Below are positions 25,660 to 38,597 of a stretch of DNA of 64,000 nucleotides, piece by piece. The stretch comes from Heptranchias perlo (lineage: Eukaryota). The position numbers and the translations under genes are program-made. How positions within the stretch are numbered: position 1 is the first letter of the stretch; each line of letters opens with the position of its first letter. Under the pieces are notes generated by a model. The model searched no databases. It was not told the origin of the DNA and saw only the letters and a program-made list of their open reading frames with translations. The stretch is taken from positions 74,958,001 through 75,022,000 of the forward strand of contig NC_090328.1 in NCBI RefSeq assembly GCF_035084215.1, read 5' to 3'.

Positions 25660-27764
25660 GTCTGTAATCAATTTAGTACCAATACAGTCTAATTATGGGG
25701 AAGGAGTCACACTGTGCACTGTGTGAACACAAGTCACTGATGGACCAGAAATTCACTCACCTTTTCAGATATGGTATAATTGGACAACTGTAAAGTCCAT
25801 GGACAGACATAACCAATTAATGACCCAGTGATCAATATTGGTTGTTTCTGAACTTATCATCTAAGAAGTGTTGAGCAATCTGCCTAAAGAGAGTTGAATG
25901 TTCTGCCTTTGAAGCAGTATTGACAGATGAGGTGTATTTTATGTAAACACAAACAGGTGGCTCCCAGCAAGCAGTAACAAAATCACCATAATACAAACTT
26001 CTTATTTTTAAAAAAAGTGAGGATTCTTGTAATAACGAACTAGACAGACTTCCAACTATCTTAGGGAAATTGTTTAAAAAGCAGTAAAGCATGCTTTCAT
26101 CATTTATTACAATGTGTGATAATCTTAAAAGATTATCTTTCATTTTTGAAAGAACTTCGGCTCCAAACACGAGATTTCTGTAACAGAATATCTGTTTAGT
26201 ATTGAAATGCTCAGTTTGTTGTTTCTTAAAAAAAAAATTCAGAGCATCAATTCTTTGTATTTTCTCTTTAGTGATCTAGGACCCATGGCTACACAATGCC
26301 TGCAAGTCAAAAGATTTGCAGTCAGCCTGTTCCAGATTACTGCCTATGCAACACTGAAACCTGCTTGGAAGTGCAGAACACAAACACAACCTGTCTCCAT
26401 TTATGTTTGTGTTCTTTTCATAAACCATCACCTGGCCTCCCAAGGCAATGGGCTCAAGATCAACAACAGTGGCCTGGGGGGGCTCTATATACACTCCCTT
26501 CCTTCCCTTGTCAGGCTAAAGAGAGTCACTATCATATGTCTGTCTTTGGCCACATTCATGGTGCATTTGGCACAGGCGATTGAAGACAAATAGCATCACA
26601 GTGGAGGCCCTTAGAGATCGCAGAAGAGAATGGAAGAATGCCACACGCTAGAGTTGGGGAAGAGAGGGAAGCCCGGATATCTTATAAGTGGAAATGTAAG
26701 AAAAAATGAGAGAAGTCTTGGGGAAATGTGGACCCTGGTCTGCTGTATCCAGTTAATTCAGTGCTTGTGGTCTATGTACATACATCTTGTGACTGAAACC
26801 ACCCTTTTTTAACCTGCCTCTCTCTCTCTTCATATCTGCAGCTGTCCTCTGGAGAATTTGAACTGTGTTGTGATGGGTTTGATGCTAGCTTCCACTATTG
26901 TAAATACTGAACGTTCCTGAGTCACTACTGCTGAGGAAAGCATCTGTGGCAGCATAAGTATGGAGAGGCCATATACAAGGCTGCAGGGACATGATGGGAA
27001 AATAGTAAAGGAGCTCTGGTGCCAATCAGCTCAGATATAGGAGAGAAAAATCCAAATAAATAAAAAATGCATATGATGGATGGTGTAAAGAGAAAAAGTT
27101 TCCATTTACTTGACTGCACTAAGTTTACCTAATTAACCTGGTGGACAATTCTAATTTTCCCCACCTATAATAAATAGCTGAACATATGTTGCACTATCAT
27201 CACAACTATTATGTTGCCAAAGCATTATCGCTTTTATCGCTTGCTTTTCTGCTCCCTCTTATTCTAACCTTCACTGTGGATGTGATCCTGAAGCTAAAGA
27301 TCATCATGTTAGTTATTATGAAAATCACAAATCATAAGCCACTCCTGAAAGAATGACTTCTTCTGTAAGCAGAGGAAGGGGATGTACTTCGGTTTGAGTG
27401 ATATCAGTTCTTTGTTTTCTATATTAACAAAATGTAGCTGTGGTGACACCATGTGGCTCCAAAATATCATCACACCAGAACAGATCTCATAAAATGGCAA
27501 ATGAGCAAATGAACCTGGTTAAAATGGAGGACAGTTTTGAAAAAGACTGAACCGTGCCCCACAGTAATTCAGTTGATAATCAGAACATTCCATTTTGGCA
27601 TTAACTTTGATTTTTCACACACCGTCTGATGTCCTAAGAAATTAAAATGGAATTTTACAATCTGATATTTTACTGTTTTTAATTTGTTGCCGTTGTAGTT
27701 CAAGTTTTCTTTGCTCTAATCATTTTTACTGGAACTGGAATTATCTTTTTAATTTACGCCCTAG

Positions 27765-27994
27765 GTGTGCTCTTCCATTCTGGGGAGTGTCAGGAAGTGG
27801 AGATCCGAGGCTGCTCCATTTGGTGTATTGAGTTAATATTACGTCGCATTTTGGAACTTGGAGCGCAGAAAGGATGTGTGACTAAAGACATGAATTCTGT
27901 TTTGATTGATTTCTACCTGTGGGACTATGCAAGAGATCACCGAAAAGAAATGGCAGATATTCCCATCCATCGTGTACGCTGCATCTACTACTAA
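27765..27994 (+). CDS. QNG1: QNG1 coding exon 4 (last)
   Basis: ctag| acceptor; EVEIRGCSIW...IDFYLWDYAR...HRVRCIYY*; four exons total 1023 bp = 340 aa; AATAAA at 28814 and 29708. Confidence 0.93.
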
Positions 27995-29949
27995 TTGGAA
28001 AGTACGCAGTTTCTGTGAAGCAAAGGCAAATTGCAGGCATTTATCTTAATCCACATCTCTGAAATTGGGAATTATAAAAATGTTTTAAAAAAGACCATTA
28101 TTTTAACTGGTAGCTGAAGTAGGCAGTACAACAGAGAGCAATACATTGCTTCACATAACTTAGAGATGCAGGATCAATTGTTTGTACTCCCTGAGTTCTT
28201 GATAGTTCCTCCATGTGCAATGGTGGTGCAGAATGGAGGCCAGCTGTCTCCCCTCAGGAGGAAGCCGAAGGAATAATTGGATGGGATGTCTCCAGTGAGC
28301 TGGTCTTGTACATGTGCTTGTGGCCAAATGAGAGCAACTTTGGCTCCTGCCTGGGCGCTGCTTACATATCTAGCGTAGCTACCTATTTTCCCTTCCAAAA
28401 TGGGTGGGGCGACTCATTTTAAGAATTGCCATGTACAATCTACGAAACAAGTCAGATCACAGATTCACATGGACTGCTTGGCCAGGTGCAAACACGTATC
28501 CAGCATTTTTTGTAAAGCAGCAATTGAAACCACTGTTACTATCTTTTTTGATGATCAAAATTGCTGGGCAGCTGGTCCCAAAATCTCATTGTTCAATTCA
28601 GAACCAGTGGATGTGGGGGGGGGGGGGGGGGTTGCCCCATATATACCCTACCTGTCAGCGGCAGGAGGTGTGGGTTATGGGGTGAGACCTATAAAGAAGT
28701 TGGGGAAGATGATGGATGCCCTCATGCATATCTTGAAAACAAAATTTCTAATTGTAATTTTGTACTGGAAATGTAAGTTTCACTTGTTAAATTCAAGTGA
28801 AAGTGGGGACACTAATAAAACTGACTCTTCTGCCTGCACCAGTGCTTGTATATGTTTCCAGTTTTTATTTCAATTATGTTATATGCAAATTGGAACCAGA
28901 GGCTGAATTTTACATGAATGATCAGAAATGAATAGACCTCTTAAATTTATTAATGATACAGGAGTATTAAAATTGTTAGCCCTGCAGACATATTGGAATC
29001 CTGTTTTGCTGAATGTGCAAATTTCTGGCATTGGATTTCAAATTTCATAAAAGGCAATTAAGAGACTGAAGTTCAGTTGTGCTCTTGTGAAAGGGTCCAA
29101 ATTCAGTAGGTATCAATATTATTATTGGTGCATGTTAAAGGATGGCATTACTGTTGGAAGTGCCTATTAGAGGTCAGTGTTAATGCTAATCCATGTTAGA
29201 GACACCTGCTCATGATGCTGCGTTCATCCCCATAACTTTAGCTTCAGGATTTTAAAATCTAGGTTATAAATCACATTGCTATATTCAGAAGACATTAAGA
29301 GCCCATGAAAAAACATGCAAGTTACACATTGAGTTTTACAGTAACCCTTTCAGCATCCTGTTACACTGAATAACTGGTATAGAATCACAATACTAAGGAG
29401 CTTGGGTTTTTGCAACACAGCTACAGTTATAAAGCTGTCGGTGAGGCAAAATTGTTTGAAATTTAGTTTGTGATATTCACCCTACCATTCTAAAATGTGC
29501 ATAGTCATGGGTGGGTTTAGGAAATTTGTTAGGATGATGATGATGCTGGAGGGATCAAACAAGCCTCAAAAATTTAAATTGTGACAATTCCCTCCGATCT
29601 AAGTCATGCTGGCATAGGGAGTCACTGAACAAAGGCATCTTCATTGGGAGAGAAGAAGAAATTGGAGCACATTTCCTTGTGATCTGTGAGAGTACATCTC
29701 TGTACCGAATAAAATCAGCCAGTTGTGATGTGTACTGTTAGGAGATTGTAGGGAAAACCTTGTGCACACCACATGTAGGTACAAAAAAAAACGTTTCCTG
29801 AGGGATTTTCTTTTACGTCTACAATAGATATCCTCACCAGTTGCACTGATCCAACCTGTAAAAGCGGGAGGTTGGGGGTGGGGGGGGGTTATGTTTAGGA
29901 GTAGTACTTTTAAATTAAAATACTCCCCTATTTTACAATAAGATTACAT

Positions 29950-30245
29950 TTATAGAATCATACATTGTTACAGCACAGAAACAAACCATTGGCCAATCAA
30001 GTCTGTTTTTCACCAAATGGGTCACTTAATCTAATCTTCTCCCTCCCCATACCCTTTAATATTCGTTTTCAACCAGCTATTAATTCCATTTTAAAAGTTA
30101 AGGACTATTTTAATAAGTTTGCACTAGAGAATTCCACATTCTGACCACCCTCTATAAAGGTTTTTCTCCTTCTATTTGTCCCTTCTCTTTACTGTCTTGC
30201 TGACCAATGGAAACAATCTAATACTGTTTACTTTGTCATAGCCCT
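29950..30245 (-). mobile_element. Old CR1 3' tail
   Basis: atagaatcata...acagcacagaaac tail motif. Confidence 0.55.
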
Positions 30246-30289
30246 GGAAGCTGCAATTTTTCCCCATCCAATTGTAAGTGTTGGAAGCT

Positions 30290-30750
30290 GGTAGCTGACA
30301 ATGCACACTTGCAATATTGCTGAGGTCATGAAAACTACAGACAATGCATACTAGTCTCGAGAGCTACTGTCACTGCATGCTGCAGCTGAGAGCTACTGAC
30401 AACAATAGTATGGACAGCTGCATATGCACAGAGCTACTGACCACACTTCAGGGTTAGATACCGCACAGTGCTAACAGTCCATGAGAGCTACATACACTGC
30501 AGAGTTAACAATCCTCAGAGTTGCAGATGCCACATGAAGCTAACAGTCCCAGAAGCTGTCAACGCTGCACGGTGCTGAACAGTCCTGAGAACTACTGATA
30601 CCGCACAATGCTAATACTCCCCCAGGCCACATGCACCAGGTAGTCCTAGCACACCTGAGTGCTGCAGACACCATATATACACCACATAATGCTAATACTC
30701 CTGAGACTTGCAAACATGCTAACACTCCTGAAGGCTAGACACTGCAGAGT
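30290..30750. repeat. Degenerate minisatellite of about 35 bp
   Basis: Recurring gctaacagtcc / gagagctactga / accgcaca motifs. Confidence 0.6.
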
Positions 30751-30869
30751 GAGGGGGTTTGTAGCTTATGACATCTTTATGAAGGAAACATTGAAGATGT
30801 AGACAATGCTGATTTCTAACACTAACGCCGACCACCAATGTGCACTATAATGGCAACATCAACCTCCGA

Positions 30870-31874
30870 CAAGTGCTTCTATCACTAACATGAAGCAGTA
30901 ACAGTAATATTGACCTCTGTTGAATTTGGACCCTTTCACAAGAGCTTCACAGAAACTGCGTAACGTCCAACTGGTAGTAGATGCAGTGTACATGATAGAT
31001 GGGAATATCTGCCATATCCTTTCGGTGATCTCTTGCATAGCCCCACAGGTAGTAATCGATCAAAACCAAATTCATGTCTTTAGTCACACATCCTTTCTGC
31101 GCTCCAAGTTCCAAAATGCGATGTAATATTAACTCAATACACCAAATGGAGCAGCCTCGGATCTCCACTTCCTGACACTCTCCAGAATGGAAGAGCACAC
31201 CTAGGGCATGAATTAAAAAGACGATTCCAGTTCCAGTAAAAATGATTAGAGCAAAGAAAACTTGAACAAAAATGGCAAAAAATTACAAACAGTTAAATAT
31301 CAGATTGTAAAATTCTATTTTAATTTCATAGGACATCAGACAGTGTTTGAAAAATGGAATGTTCCGGTTAACATCAACTGAATAACTGTGGGGCACGGTT
31401 CAGTCTTTTTCAAAACTGTCCTCCATTTTAACCAGGTTCATTTGCTCATTTGTCATTTTATGAGATCTGTTCTGGTGTTATGCTATTTTGCAGCCACATG
31501 GTGACGCCACAGCCATATTTTGTTAATATACAAAAATTGAACCGATCTCACTCAAACCAGAGTATATCCCCTTCCTCTGCTTACAGAAAAAGCCACAGAT
31601 CTTCAGCTATTCTTTCAGAGAACCTAATGATTTGTTACTTACATAACAATGAATCTAATTATTTAAACAGCATTATCTAACATGACAACCTTTATCTTCA
31701 GGATCACATCCACAGTGAAGGTTGGAATGAGAAGAGGGAGCAGAAAAGCAATGCTTTGGCAACATAACAGGTTGGATAGTGCAACATAAGTTCAGCTATT
31801 TATAATAGGTGTGAAAAATTAGAATTAACCACCAGGTTAATTAGGTAAACTTAGTACAGACAAGTGAATGGAAA
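30870..31874 (-). pseudogene. Inverted duplicate of QNG1 intron 3 end, exon 4 (30947-31200) and a 3'UTR piece
   Basis: Reverse complement of 27098-28021; about 14 changes in the 230-bp exon; TAA changed to CAG; joined to a copy of sequence starting at 29081. Confidence 0.92.
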
Positions 31875-32411
31875 TCACTTACTGACATTTTTTTTTCCTC
31901 CAGCACCCTCCCAACACACATTTTCTACATGTGTATCAGTTGACCTTCTATGGCATTGCTCACATGAAGTCAAAGCATACCCGAACTTGTCTGGTGTCTT
32001 TGTTTAGCGGTTTCTCTTTCTCTTCTGCCTCTCTCTCCATCCTCTACTGCTTCTCTTTTTATTATTTTCATTTGGGTGGGAGGTGGTGAGTGGAGTGGTA
32101 GCGAAGGCAACCGTGATGGGTTGCACCCTGCATTCTCTGTTGGCTGGTGCATGGCACTGGTCAGGCAGGGATTTGCAGATGGTTCCCCACACAACCCAAT
32201 TTCCTCTGTTTAATCCCCACACTCAGTCCTATTCCTCCATCCCTCCTACCACCTTATCGTTTCCCCAAACCTTATCCCCACCTTCCCCAATCCCCTTGTC
32301 CCCCTTCACTGCTCCTCCCCCTCCCAAACTGACCCAACAGCCAGTTTCCCTGCACTGAGCCTGGCTCTTAGCTTTTTAAAACAAACATTTCTTACATTAC
32401 AATAGTAACAA

Positions 32412-35400
32412 AAAAGGGGCAATCACACTGCTGGGAGTGTACTATAGACCCCGCAAACAGTCAGAGGGAGATAGAATAGCAAATATGTAGGCAAATTTAT
32501 GAGAAGTGCAAAAACAATAGGGCAGTAATAGGGGATTTCAACTACCCTAATATTAACTGGGATAGAATCAGTGTAAAAGGTATAGAGGGTGCAGAATTCT
32601 TAAAATGCATTCAGGAGAACTTTTTTAGCCAGTAGGTAGCAAGCCCAACAAGAGAGGGGGCAGTTCTGGACTTCGATTTAGGGAATGAAGCTGGGCAGTT
32701 GGAAGGGGTATCAGTGGGAGAGCATTTTTGTAGTAGTGATCATAATTCAGTTAGGTGTAGTGTAGTTATGGAAAAGGACAAAGAGTAAAAGTTCTCAATT
32801 GGGGAAATGCCAATTTTACTAAGCTGAAATGTGATTTAGCAAAAGTGGACTGGAAACAGCTACTTGAAGGTAAATCGGTATCAGAGCAGTGAGAAGTATT
32901 CAAGGAGGAAATAGAGAGGGTTCATGAAGAAAAAGGGTGGGACTCCCAAATCTAGAGCCCTCTGGAGGTCAAGGAGCATACAGGGTAGGTTAAGGCAAAA
33001 AAGGGAAGCTTATGTCAGATACCGAGTGCTCAATACTGCAGAGTGCCTAGAGGAATATAGAAAGTGCAAGAGTGAAATTAAAAAGGAAATTAGGAAAGCA
33101 AAGACAGGGCATGAAAAAATATTGGCAAGTAAAATCAAGGAAAACCCTAAATACATAAAGAGGAAGAGGTTAACAAGGAAAGAGTAGGGCCTATTTAAGA
33201 CCAGAAAGGTAACGTGTGTGTGAAGGCGGAAGACGTGGGTATGAGTCTTAATGCATGCTTTGTGTCTGTCTTCACAAAAGAGGGAGATGATGCAGACATT
33301 GTAGTTGAGGGGGAGGAGTGTGAAATATTGGCTGGGATAAACATTGTGAGCGAGGAAATATTAAAGGGTTTTGCACCTTTGAAAGTAGATACATCGCCAG
33401 GCCTGGATGAAATGTATCCCAGGCTGTTAAGAGAAGCAAGGGAGGAAATAGCGGAGGCTCTGACCATCATTTTCCAATCCTCTCTGGCTACCGGCATGGT
33501 GCTGGAGGACTTTTTTTAAAATTCATTCACGGGATGTGGGCGTCGCTGGCAAGGCCGGCATTTATTGCCCATCCCTAATTGCCCTCGAGAAGGTGGTGGT
33601 GAGCCGCCTTCTTGAACCGCTGCAGTCCGTGTGGTGACGGTTCTCCCACAGTGCTGTTAGGAAGGGAGTTCCAGGATTTTGACCCAGCGACAATGAAGGA
33701 ACGGCGATATATTTCCAAGTCGGGATGGTGTGTGACTTGGAGGGGAACGTGCAGGTGGTGTTGTTCCCATGCGCCTGCTGCCCTTGTCCTTCTAGGTGGT
33801 AGAGGTTGCGGGTTTGGGAGGTGCTGTCGAAGAAGCCTTGGCGAGTTGCTGCAGTGCATCCTGTGGATGGTGCACACTGCAGCCACAGTGCGCCGGTGGT
33901 GAAGGGAGTGAATGTTTAGGGTGGTGGATGGGGTGCCAATCAAGCGGGCTGCTTTATCTTGGATGGTGTCGAGCTTGAGTGTTGTTGGAGCTGCACTCAT
34001 CCAGGCAAGTGGAGAGTATTCCATCACACTCCTGACTTGTGCCTTGTAGATGGTGGAAAGGCTTTGGGGAGTCAGGAGGTGAGTCACTCGCCGCAGAATA
34101 CCCAGCCTCTGACCTGCTCTTGTAGCCACAGTATTTATATGGCTGGTCCAGTTAAGTTTCTGGTCAATGGTGACCCCCAGGATGTTGATGGTGGGGGATT
34201 CGGCGATGGTAATGCCGTTGAATGTCAAGGGGAGGTGGTTAGACTCTCTCTTGTTGGAGATGGTCATTGCCTGGCACTTATCTGGCGCGAATGTTACTTG
34301 CCACTTATCAGCCCAAGCCTGGATGTTGTCCAGGTCTTGCTGCATGCAGGCTCGGACTGCTTCATTATCTGAGGGGTTGCGAATGGAACTGAACACTGTG
34401 CAGTCATCAGCGAACATCCCCATTTCTGACCTTATGATGGAGGGAAGGTCATTGATGAAGCAGCTGAAGATGGTTGGGCCTAGGACACTGCCCTGAGGAA
34501 CTCCTGCAGCAATGCCCTGGGGCTGAGATGATTGGCCTCCAACAACCATTACCATCTTCCTTTGTGCTAGGTATGACTCCAGCCACTGGAGAGTTTTCCC
34601 CCTGATTCCCATTGACTTCAATTTTACTAGGGCTCCTTGGTGCCACACTCGGTCAAATGCTGCCTTGATGTCAAGGGCAGTCACTCTCACCTCACCTCTG
34701 GAATTCAGCTCTTTTGTCCATGTTTGGACCAAGGCTGTAATGAGGTCTGGAGCCGAGTGGTCCTGGCGGAACCCAAACTGAGCATCGGTGAGCAGGTTAT
34801 TGGTGAGTAAGTGCCGCTTGATAGCACTGTCGACGACACCTTCCACCACTTTGCTGATGATTGAGAGTAGACTGATGGGGCGGTAATTGTCCGGATTGGA
34901 TTTGTCCTGCTTTTTGTGGACAGGACATACCTGGGCAATTTTCCACATTGTCGGGTGGATGCCAGTGTTGTAGCTGTACTGGAACAGCTTGGCTAGAGGC
35001 GCAGCTAGTTCTGGAGCACAAGTCTTCAGCACTACAGCTGGGATGTTGTCAGGGCCCATAGCCTTTGCTGTATCCAGTGCACTCAGCCGTTTCTTGATAT
35101 CACGTGGAGTGAATCGAATTGGCCGAAGACTGGCTTCCGTGATGGTGGGGATATCGGGAGGAGGCTGAGATGGATTATCCACTCGGCACTTCTGGCTGAA
35201 GATGCTAACGTTGTACCATTGTTCAAAAAGGGAGAAAGGGATAGACCGAGTAATTACAGGCTAGTCAGCTGGGCAAATTATTGGAAAAAATTCTGAGGGA
35301 CAGTATTAATTGTCATTTAGAAAGGCACGGATTAATTAAGGACAGTCAGCGTGGATTCGCTAAGGGAAGGTTGTGTCTGACTAACTTGATTTAATTTTTG

Positions 35401-36560
35401 AGGAGGTAACAAGGAGGGTCGATGAGGGTAGTGCATTTGATGCAGTGTACATGGATTTTAGCAAGGCTTTTGACAAGGTCCAACATGGCAGGCTGGTCAG
35501 AAAAGTAAAAGCCCATGGGATCCAAAATTGGCTCAGTGGCAGGAAGTAAAGGATAATGGTTGATGGGTGTTTTTGTGACTGCAAGGATGTTTCCAATGGG
35601 GTTCTGCAGGGCTCAATACTAGGTCCCTTGCTTTTTGTGGTATAGATCAATGATTTAGACTTAAATATAGGGGGCATGATTAAGAAGTTTGCAGATGATA
35701 CAAAAATTGGCTGTTTGGTTGATGGTGAGGAAGAAAGCTGTAGTCTGCAGGAAGATATCAATGGACTGGTCAAGTGGGCAGAAAAGTGGCAAATGGAATT
35801 CAATCCGAAGAAGTGTGAGGGAATGCATTTGGGGAGGGCAAACAAAGCAAGGGAGTACACAATAAATGGTAGGATACTGAGAAGTGTAGAGGAATAGAGG
35901 GACCTTGGAGTGCATCTCCATAGATCCCTGAAGGTAGCAGGACAGGTGGATAAGGTGGTTAAAAAGGCATACAGGATACTTTCCTTTATTAGCTGAGGCA
36001 TAGAATATAAGAGCACGGAGGTTATGCTTATAACTGTATAAAACACTAGTTAGGCCATTTTGAGTACTGCGTACAGTTCTGGTCACCACATTACAGGAAA
36101 GATGTGATTGCACTAGAGAGAGTACAGAGGAGATTTACGAGGATGTTGCCAGGACTGGAGAATTTTAGCTATGAGGAAAGATTGGATAGGCTGGGGTTGT
36201 TTTCTTTGGAACAGAGGAGGCTGAGGGCAGATTTAATTCAGGTGTATAAAATTATGAGAGGCCTAGATAGAGTGGATAGTGAGGACCTATTTCCCTTAGC
36301 AGAGAGGTCATTAACCAGGGGGCATAGATTTAAAGTAATTGGTAGAAGGATTAGAGGGGAGTTGAGGAGAAATATTTTCACCCAGAGGGTGGTTGGGGTC
36401 TGGAACTCACTGTCTGAAAGGGTAGTAGAGGCAGAAACCCTTGTAGCATTTAAAAAGTACTTGAAGTGCCTTAACCCACAAGGCTACGTACCAAGAGCTG
36501 GAAAGCGGGATTAAGCTGGATAGTTCTTTTTCGGCCGGCACGGACACAATGGGCCGGATA
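32412..36560 (+). mobile_element. CR1 LINE (EN and RT, degraded) interrupted by a nested LINE
   Basis: GDFNYP, SPGLDEMYPR, KFADDTK, ERVQRRFTR; same subfamily as 21705-25199. Confidence 0.9.
33511..35205 (-). mobile_element. Young 5'-truncated non-LTR retrotransposon (CR1/L2/Jockey group) nested in CR1; 535-aa open RT frame
   Basis: [41 protein letters not shown]; A-tail at about 33511. Confidence 0.9.
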
Positions 36561-36848
36561 TATAAATAGAAGTTCTTTTTTTTTCTTAAACAGGCTAAAG
36601 TGTTATAAGTGCTTTAAAAAACAAACTGCTAGTTTCCCAGCTTAATTCTTGGAAACCGGCAAGGAGGAGGCACTGGGATGGGAGGGAATGCTTCGGTAAG
36701 GCCGGAGGTTGGACAGTACGGAGCAAGTTGGGGAGGCCATGGCGTGAGCAGGCTGGAGCGGCAGCAATGATGGGCTGAGGCTGGGAACATTTTTTTCAAA
36801 GTACATTAAAATTTAAGTTTGATTTATTTTGAATTTTTTTTAACTTAC

Positions 36849-36941
36849 CTGGAAAGTCCTTAAGCAATCCATCTAGGCTGAACATTCTCAAAGCTGAATG
36901 GGCAACAGCACCAACTACTCTGGAGATCAAGTACTGCAGGA
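36849..36941 (-). other. Orphan 93-nt exon-like segment
   Basis: Pyrimidine tract plus ccttag| acceptor and CAG|GTAAGT donor; open in phase 1. Confidence 0.4.
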
Positions 36942-37059
36942 CTAAGGAGGTAAACAAAATAAACAGAAGAATGTGCTTGAGGCAGCATGACATGTGTGAC
37001 TGTAACAGAAAAAAATTTAGAAGATGAAAATGTTACACAACAGGAAGAGCGCACAGACA

Positions 37060-38597
37060 TAAGCCTTTTAATATATCTCCCCTCTCCGAGCTCATCTTGA
37101 CTATGCAATCCACCTCCTGCCCCCTCGACCCTATTCCCACCAAACTGCTAACTGCCCAACTTCCGTTCCTGGCCCCCACGTTAGCTGATATTGTTAACAG
37201 TTCCCTCTCCTCAGGTACTGTCCCCTTCCCCTTCAAATCAGCCATCATCACCCCCTCCTCAAAAATCCCACCCTTGAGTCCTCTGTCCCTGCAAACTACC
37301 GCCCCATCTCCAACCTCCATTTCCTCTCCAAAGTCCTTGGAGTGTTGTCGCCTCCCAAATCCGTGCCCATCATTCCCGCAACTTCATGTTTCAATCCCTC
37401 CAATCAGATTTCCACCCCTGCCACAGTACTGAAATGACCCTTATCAAAGTCACAAATGACATCCTATGTGACTGTGACTGTGGTAAACTATCTTCCTCAT
37501 CCTTCTCGACCTATCTGCAGCCTTTGACACAGTTGACGACACCATCCTCCTCCATCGCCTCTCCTCTGTCGTCCAGCTGGGTGGGACTGCGCTCGCCTGG
37601 TTCCATTCTTATCCATCCAGTCGTAGCCAGAGAATCACCTGTAATGGCTTCTCTACCCGTTCCCGCACCGTTACCTCTGAAGTCCCCCAAGGATCTATCC
37701 TTGGCCACCTCTTATTTCTCATCCACATGCTGCCCATCGGTGACACACTGCTTGTCTGACATCCAGTACTGGACGAGCAAAAATTTCCTCCAAATAAATA
37801 CTGGGAAGTCCGAAACCATTCTATACGGTCCCCACCACAAACTCCGTTCCCTAGCCACTGATTCCATTGCTCTCCCTGGCCACTCTATGAGGCTGGACCA
37901 GACCGTTAGCCACCTTGGCGTCCTATTTAACCCTGAGATGAGCTTCCGACCACATATTCGCTCCATTATTAAGACTGACTACTTCCACCTCTGTAACATT
38001 GCCTATCTCTGCCTCTACTTCAACTCACCTGCTGCTGAAACCCTCACCCATGTTACCTCTAGACTTGACTATTGCAATGCTCTCCTGGCCGGCCTTCCAT
38101 CTTCCGCCCTCCCATCTTCCGCCCTCCCATCTTCCGCCCTCCATAAACTTGAGCTCATCCAAAACTATGCTGTCCGTATCCTAACTCCCACCAAGTTCGG
38201 TTCACCCATCACCCCTGTGCTCACTGACCTACATTAGCGCCCAGTCCGGCAATGCCTCGATTTTAAAATTCTCATCCTTGTTTTCAAATCTCTCCCTGGC
38301 CTACAAACCTCCAAGATCGCTGCGCTTCTCCAATTCTTGCCTCTTTCGCATCCCTGATTTGGCGGCCGTGCCTTCAGCTGCCTCGGCCCTAAACTCTGGA
38401 ATTGCCTCCCTGAACCTCTCCGCCTCTCTCTCCTCCTTTAAGATGCTCCTTAAAACCCACCTCTTTGATCAAGTATTTTGTCACCTGTCCTAATGCTCAT
38501 GTGGCTCGGTGTCAAATTTTGCTTGGTAATATTCCTGTGAAGCACCTTGGGACATTTTGCTATGTTAAAAGCACTATATAAATGCAAGTTGTTGTTA
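37060..38597 (+). mobile_element. L2 LINE fragment
   Basis: SCPLDPIPTKLL, HSTE..L.KVTND, SRLDYCNALL; tail ctatataaatgcaagttgttgtt; internal 15-bp x3 repeat at about 38096-38143. Confidence 0.88.

Noticed and set aside
26207-26593. 128-aa ORF and other short ORFs in QNG1 introns and 3'UTR (for example 28400-28906)
   Set aside because: No recognisable domains or consistent splice structure; likely chance ORFs or decayed repeats
30947-31200. Functional second QNG1 gene, or a scar of the QNG1 inversion
   Set aside because: Only exon 4 is present and substitutions look neutral; a simple inversion scar of the 3' end would be expected on the KIF27 side
33575-35182. Domesticated or novel reverse transcriptase gene (also 61313-62821)
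   Set aside because: Both are 5'-truncated, lack the endonuclease and carry typical LINE tails; ordinary young insertions
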